Below are positions 56,479-64,000 of a stretch of 64,000 nt of DNA, one piece after another. A program made the position numbers and the translations under genes. This stretch comes from Chrysomallon squamiferum. Its lineage: Eukaryota > Animalia > Mollusca. The stretch covers positions 2,418,001 to 2,482,000 of the forward strand of contig CM022666.1 in the NCBI GenBank assembly GCA_012295275.1. The letters run 5' to 3'. The stretch's first letter is position 1. The number at the start of each line of letters is the position of its first letter. A model generated the notes under the pieces. That model ran no database searches. It was not told the DNA's origin and worked only from the letters and a program-made list of their open reading frames with translations.

Positions 56479-57101
56479 TCAGATGACAGCACCATTGCCT
56501 TACAAGTCACATTTAAAAAAGCATATATGACATTCACATGTGTTAGCATGCTAACTCAACTCAAGATGACAATACAACAGGTTCTACTGACACACAAGAC
56601 AATCCCAGTCAGTATAAATGATCCAGTATAAATTAAATCTGTGATCTACTGTAATCCAGACAAAATGACCTATAGCCCACCTCCAGTCAAGATACCTGAT
56701 CTTGTAACAATGACCTGTAACATAAGACTTTATTCAATCCTTTGACTATCCTGATTCAGTTCATACAATGTTACAGGTCACAGATACAGACCCACAAGGA
56801 AAATAAATCCTGTAACTGGTTTAGTTACCTACTGGATGTAATTCACTACAAATGACCTACAGTCTTCCTCCAGCAAGGATACCTGATCCTGTAATGCTGA
56901 CCTGTATTTTATTACAATTCAAATAACTCCTACAGCTCATTCCTAGTTAGGATATTTGACCTGGTGAGATATCACAAAATGATCCTATGACCAATCACAA
57001 ACTGATCTGGTGACCTATCATAAATAAATCATATAACCTATTACTAATCTGATCTTTGACCTATTTGAGCTTGTGACTATTAGCAACTGATTTGGTGATT
57101 T

Positions 57102-57730
57102 ATTACAAACTGAACCTGTGACCTCTTACAAACTGAACCTGTGACATATTACAAACTGAACCTGTGACCTCTTACAAACTGAACCTGTGACCTCTTACAA
57201 ACTGAACCTGTGACCTCTTACAAACTGAACATGTGACATATTACAAACTGAACCTGTGACCTCTTACAAACTGAACCTGTGACCTCTTACAAACTGAACA
57301 TGTGACATACTACAAACTGAACATGTGACATATTACAAACTGAACCTGTGACCTCTTACAAACTGAACCTGTGACATACTACAAACTGAACCTGTGACCT
57401 CTTACAAACTGAACCTGTGACATACTACAAACCGAACCTGTGACATACTACAAACCGAACCTGTGACCTCTTACAAACTGAACCTGTGACATATTACAAA
57501 CTGAACCTGTGACCTCTTACAAACTGAACATGTGACATACTACAAACTGAACATGTGACATATTACAAACTGAACCTGTGACATTTTACAAACCGAACCT
57601 GTGACATTTTACAAACTGAACCTGTGACCTCTTACAAACTGAACCTGTGACATACTACAAACTGAACCTGTGACCTCTTACAAACTGAACCTGTGACCTA
57701 TTACAAACTGAACCTGTGACATTTTACAAC
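57102..57730. repeat. 23-bp minisatellite, about 27 copies
   Basis: ttacaaactgaacctgtgacctc units with a few recurring variants. Confidence 0.95.
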
Positions 57731-58732
57731 ACGGCTATTACAATATCAGCCTGTTACTTATTGCAAAACTGAACTCGTCAAAATATTACAACACGAACCT
57801 GTGACCTATTAGAAAACAGTAACCATTACAATAAAAAAACAATACAAATTTAAAAAAATGCACTAGAAACAACCCAACGACCACTCCCACACTGCCTGTC
57901 TCTGCAGTCAAGTGTGAACAATACAAATACTCAAATGCAGCATGAACACTGTGACCACTCCTAGGTTTAAATATAGATCACAACCCAACACCTGTTACAA
58001 ATTACAGTTTGATCAGCTGTCTGCGCTTGTAACAGCTTGGTCGTCCCACACAGACGATTTGTGACAGAAAAAAAATCTTTACCTTCACCTTGATTACTAC
58101 CTTGAGCTGATGAAGAGCAATGTCTGAATTAACAGACTCTGCCTCTCTACAATAAGAAAATAACCTAATCTGATCTGGTGTCAGATCCAGAGATTACTGA
58201 AATTATCAGACTTAAATAAGTAAATAAATAAACATTTATAACTTTAAAAGTTGTTCAACAAATACTGTGCAAATAGGTAACTATAAATTACAGTTAAGAC
58301 AAAACCTGAATTTGATCGGGGTAAGGCAGAAGACTGTAAAATGAATCTTGAAGTGGATGTGCAAGTCAGTAGATGATGCTTGTGTTCTGTCCCAGTATAT
58401 CTGCATATTGAGGATGGTTCATTAGTTACAGAGTAGTGTATGGCTCAAAAAATGTATAGAATATTTTTCACTACAAACAATGAGTTGATCTTCAGTAAGA
58501 GCTTTTGATTCTTTGACACCTGTCATAATGCTGTGGACAGAACTGAATAAATTAAATCTTAAAGATCTTTACAAAAAATTAAAAACGTAATTTCATTTTA
58601 GTGGAAATTTGTTTGTTCTTTGCTTGTGTTTAACTGTATGCAAGAGTTTAAATTTATTGTTGTTTGAGCTAGTGAGATGAAACGAGACTGAAATCTTTCC
58701 CTGACTCTGAACCAACAGTTTTATTTCAGAGT

Positions 58733-59012
58733 GCTGTACAGACAAAACATGCTGTGTACAGACAAAACATGATGTATACAGACAAAACATGTGCTGTACA
58801 GACAAAACATGCTGTTTACAGACAAAACATGATGTATACAGACAAAACATGATGTATACAGACAAAACATGTGCTGTACAGACAAAACATGATGTACACA
58901 GACAAAACATGATGTATACAGACAAAACATGTTGTATACAGACAAAACGTGTTGTATAGATCCAAAACATGCGGTATACAGACAAAACATGTTGTATACA
59001 GACAAAACATGC
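58733..59012. repeat. 20-bp minisatellite, about 14 copies
   Basis: tgtatacagacaaaacatga-type units. Confidence 0.95.
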
Positions 59013-62000
59013 TGACTCAAATAAAACAAATGTTATGCGACTTGATTAACATAGACCCTTACATGATGAGCTGGCTCATTAATAATAATTGTCACTGTTT
59101 ATCAGTACACCAGAAAGTTTTAACCATCTCTTTTGTCTGCCAACATCTGATGTCCTCTGCATCATCATTAGGAGGTGAAATGCAGGCAAACAGGAAGAAA
59201 ATGGCTGAATAACCCCTGCTCAGTGCCAAGATCCAGACCAGTGTGTTTCATCAAAAACACACAAGTTAAACGACTGATATAATTTAATCAATAGTTTGTT
59301 GTTTGTTTTTCTTATGCCAACAGAATTATGAATAAATAAAAATACTAATAAAAATAATCTGAATAAAATTTTTGTTTCAAAGGCATCAAGTTCTACAGAC
59401 ATTAAAAACTGACTGCTTATAGCCATTTACTTTCCAGCTTATCTACAGTGATGAATTTATTAGTTATTTTGGATGTGCATACATGCATATTGCTGCAGGT
59501 GCATGTGCATGCATGTGTGTATGTCAAGTATCTGATTATCAGAAAATCTTCAGAAAAATTGCAAACCATATGACACTGACTTTAACCTGCCCCCAACCAA
59601 GGATTGATCCAGCAGCCTTTCATCCTGCTTTGATAAAAGAATTCTTATCATGGCTGGTCAGTGCCAGAACAGTACAGTGTAAACAGAGTTTCCCCTCAGT
59701 GAATATAAACATGAAAATAACTGATAACTGGTTTCAAATACTAGGGTATATCGGGAAAAGTCCAGATATAGCAAGACTCTTAAGTAGAAAGACCACACAC
59801 ACACAGAGAGACAGACAGACAGACAAATGTACTGACTGTCCAGTAAACAGCTGGTCTATCTATAGATTAAACAGACAGAGCAAGAGGATCTGTGCCAAGA
59901 AAAAGAGCAGATTCAGACGAGGAAGTAACAAGTGACCTGCCTCTGTCTGGTGCTGGAGCTCTCTGTGTGTGGGTGTGTTAGTGTGGGTGTGTGTCTGTGT
60001 GTTTGTGTGTGTGTGTGTGTGTGTGGGTGTGTGTGTTGGTGTGTGTCTCTGTGTGTGTGTGTGTGTGTGGGTGTGTGTGTTTGTGTGTATGTGTGTGTGA
60101 GTGTGTGTGTCTCTGTGTGTGTGTGTTTTAAAATGTGTATATTTGTCTGGTGTATGTGTTTTGATGTATGTTTTTGTGTGTGTGTATGTGTGGGTGTGCA
60201 TTTTAATATTTGCATGTGTGTATATGTGTATATGCAAATTCAGAAACTTAAAACATAAAATCTACAAATCTGTTATGGTATTAATTCTGAAAAATCAGTT
60301 CAAAAATATATCTGAAATGTTTTTGGTTTTTTTGTTTGTATTTTTGTTTATCCATATCAGAATGTCAGAATATTTTCACATCATTCTCTTTTTTTTTTTT
60401 TTTTCTTCTTCTTTTATTTTTTGAATATCCTATCAAAGTCAAATTAATTTTAATTTGTTTTGTAATCAAACACTTCAGGCAAGAACTAAACCACTAAGCT
60501 CCATCAATTTGGATTAAAAAAAAAAATATCTTCTTGTGAAAATGTGATGCGTAAAATCAAATAATTATTCCAAATAGTAAAAGAACCTGCTAGAAATTGG
60601 CGTGAAACTGATTTAGAAGTTAAGTCGCCATGACATTATTTTAAATTTGATCCGAAGATAGGAAACAAATGAGAAATAACAGGTCAAGGGTTTGGGAAAT
60701 AATATGTTATATACTACAAGTACCTGTGATGTTATTACACAAACGATCATTCAAATAATACACCAACAGAAATCTATTTATACTTTGTAATCAAACGCTG
60801 ATGACTTTAAAAATAAAATAGAGAAATAAATATTTTATTCAGTGATACACTTAATACATTTTTAATCATCAGTTGGATTTCATATTATGATTATGAACTT
60901 TCATAATGCAAATAAGAGATGAAGAAACCCACACCGTTTTATTTTTATTAGCAAAAGTGATCTTTTATATAAACCTTCCCTAAACAGGAAAACACATATC
61001 ACATTATGACCACATTTTTATTAATTTTGACATATAGAGGTATCTCATATTTTGACTTTAATCCTACTGAAGAATCTGAATGAGGAACATCATCAAACTC
61101 TGAATTATTTGAAGTCAAAATCAGTTTTCCCCAACAGAAATAACGAAAAGTGAATGAATATGTTCCCAGGTCTTTAACAATGCCCATTTTGATAAACTGG
61201 ATTTACACATAATTTAAGCAAAAATCACACAGTTTTATGCTGCATGAAAAGGTCTGTTTTTGCTTCAGTCATGGATAGTACAACCTTTCAGTTAGGTTTT
61301 GTAGCTTTAAAATTTCATTGATGTCATGATTAATAGATCAGGATTATATCTATATATATATATATATATGAAAACAAAAACAATATTAAAAAAAGGCAAA
61401 GAAATAAAAAAAAGATATACTGGCACATTTTTTGCTGCAGAACCATCATTTGAACTCATCAAATTTCTCTCAAATTCAGTGTTGGAACATTTGAAGTTAG
61501 CACGGGTCAAAGTACAAGGCACCATTGTACTTTTAACCCAGTCTGTTTAAACTGATACACAATAATTTCTTGTGCTTGTAAACTCATATCAAGGAATCAC
61601 TCGTAAATATCTTGATTAAGGCTGTAACTTTTAATAAACCAGTCTAGGGTTCTGGTGATATTTCTGTTCAAAACTGTAATCTGTTATGGGTTAACTAATC
61701 AATCAGCTGTCTAAGAGGTCTTTCATAAGCATAAGCACATTGCTACAGATAGGCAAGCACAGACCATAACCAATCTATATCATGCAGCACAGATTTTGAA
61801 TGGGAAAATATGCTGACACATGAATCTAGATGGATCAATCCCATGACCAACTGTACCTTAAGCAGAATTGTAACAGTTAAGCTACAAAATCCAAAACAAA
61901 TCAAACAAATGTCAACATTTTTTTTTTTTTTTTTTTTCTTTTCAAAATAATTCTATATATATATATATTATAAAAAAAAAAATGTAAGTCATTTTTTAAA

Positions 62001-63186
62001 TTTTTTAAATTTATTTTTACTCTGTTAGAATACAGATAGATCAATGAAATCGTGAGACAGATAAATAGTGTAAAGCAATTTCTGTCCTACACAAAATTAC
62101 TTGACGTAATGGAATCCCTTGCATCAACAGCTTAGATCTGATTCGTTATTTGTAATTGTTGTTGTTATCTGTTATCAATACCAATGATATGAAGAAAAAA
62201 AAAGATAATAATTCTTTGATGATGACAGCGTAGATTGTACCATCTGTCATTATTTATATAAATGAAAAGAGCAATCTGCTGATGCAATTATATGTACACA
62301 CCGGTCGAATTGTGACTTGATGTAACAAACATGAACAAAAAATCTAAAAAATCGATTCTTATCGTAATTTCTGTGGCCAAGGACACAAAGGTTAAAAAAA
62401 AATGGTGTTTATGTGTGTGTGCATGTGTGTGTGTGTCTTGTCTTGTGTGTGTGTGTGTGTGTGTCTGTGTGTGTCTGTATGTGTATGTTGTATGTATGAA
62501 TTTTAATTTGAAGTCTAAACTGACATTTGAAAAGTCTAAACCGACTTTGTTGTTTTTCATGCAAATTTCACACTAACATTATATTTGTATATATGTGTGT
62601 GTTCATGTGTTTGTGTGCATATTTTATATGTTGTATGTTTGTGTACATATGCATATGACTGTGTGTGTGTGTGTGTGTATTATGTGTGTGTGCATGCATT
62701 TATAATATTTATGTTTGTCTCTGTGTGTGTATGTGTTTGTATGTGTGTCTATGTTATACATACATTACTGATCCACAATCATTAATCATTCTTTTACAAA
62801 ATTAATAATAAAACCCCCCCCAAAATACCCCATAAAGTGAGGGAAGAAAATGGTACACAAATAGAATACAAAAAAAAAAAAAAAAACAGAAAAAGAAATT
62901 CTCCTCTTAATCTTTGGGCTGCACAGTTTCAGAAAGAGCCACTACTGAAGCACTTCTTAATAAACACTGAAGTTGTATCTTAATACACGATACACTGCAT
63001 CCACTGCACTTCTGCAGGCAGCTGGTGAATCAATTCATTTGTGTGTTTTTCATTTGTGTATTTACATTCTCTATGCACATGGAAATAAATAAATAAACAG
63101 GTAAATGAAATAAGCACACGCAAAGCTATTAATATATCGTGATTATTTCTTTCGTGTTTAAGGTGTGTCTGACTGAACGTGAATGG

Positions 63187-63187
<1 letters not shown>

Positions 63188-63220
<33 letters not shown>

Positions 63221-63371
63221 GTATGTATGTATGTATGTATGTATGTATGTATGTATGTATGTATGTATGTATGTTGTATGTATGTATGTATGTATGTATG
63301 TATGTATGTATGTATGTATGTATGTATGTATGTATGTATGTATGTATGTATGTATGTATGTATGTATGTAC

Positions 63372-63402
<31 letters not shown>

Positions 63403-63452
63403 TGTATGTATGTATGTACGTACGTACGTATGTATGTGTGTGTGTACGTATA

Positions 63453-63488
<36 letters not shown>

Positions 63489-63610
63489 TGTATGTATGTA
63501 GGTAGGTATGTACGTACATACGTATGTATGTATGTATGTACGTACGTATGTATGTATGTATGTATGTATGTATGTATGTATGTATGTATGTATGTATGTA
63601 TGTATGTATG
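63188..63610. repeat. (TG)n / (TATG)n microsatellite
   Basis: Long GTAT tetranucleotide array. Confidence 0.95.
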
Positions 63611-63864
63611 TTGTATGTTTGTATGTTTGTATTTGTTTATGTCTGACTGGTCTCTGAATGTAGACAGTGTCTGGGAACACCCTGGCGCAGGATGATGAAA
63701 GATTTTAAAGTGCACAAGTGTTTTTAAACTGAAGATGAGAAAAAAGAAAAATGAGAAAAATATTGTAAACACTGCATAAATATTTCACACTCACAGACAC
63801 AGACAGACACATGCACAAACACACACACACACACAGACATACACACACACAAATACAGACACAT

Positions 63865-63912
<48 letters not shown>

Positions 63913-64000
63913 AGCCAAACCTAGAGACACAAAATCATTACAAATAACAGACAATGGCAGAAAACACAATAGACATTATTAATTGATGAAAATTGCAGGA

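Noticed and set aside
57102-59012. CRISPR-like appearance of the 23-bp and 20-bp arrays, and their ORFs (e.g. 58593-58985)
   Set aside because: Head-to-tail units with no unique spacers, no cas genes, and a eukaryotic intron context
59483-59935. 150-aa plus-strand ORF as a nested antisense gene
   Set aside because: No recognisable domain, partly simple repeats, and no supporting exon structure
60999-61187. ORF with FDDVPHSDSSVG, faintly like the missing PH exon
   Set aside because: No compatible phase-0 donor, and the similarity is too weak
61307-61525. ORF MVPCTLTRANFK… as an alternative first exon
   Set aside because: Weak donor (CCA|GTATAT) and no recognisable homology

Overview
AT-rich, microsatellite-dense animal genomic DNA. 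It is probably a mollusc, and a SINE remnant hints at a gastropod (inference). The window is dominated by one minus-strand, multi-exon gene for a type II diacylglycerol kinase (DGK delta/eta-like: PH, C1A, C1B, split catalytic/accessory domain, SAM). I traced 28 phase-compatible coding exons by hand from 43264 down to the TGA stop at 3090-3092. They total 3387 nt, i.e. 1128 aa plus stop. The N-terminal PH exons were not found and probably lie beyond 64000. Most ORFs in the supplied track are microsatellite artefacts. The points most worth following up are: a candidate alternative first coding exon giving a PH-less isoform (34260-34406), a 33-nt in-frame microexon (7862-7894), a GC-AG intron, tandem duplications that copy splice junctions into introns, and (TAT/TAC)n microsatellites directly abutting many acceptor sites. 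There is also an internally deleted Tc1/mariner element, a tRNA-derived SINE remnant and several minisatellites. I found no support for a wholly new biological system, CRISPR array or RNA gene.
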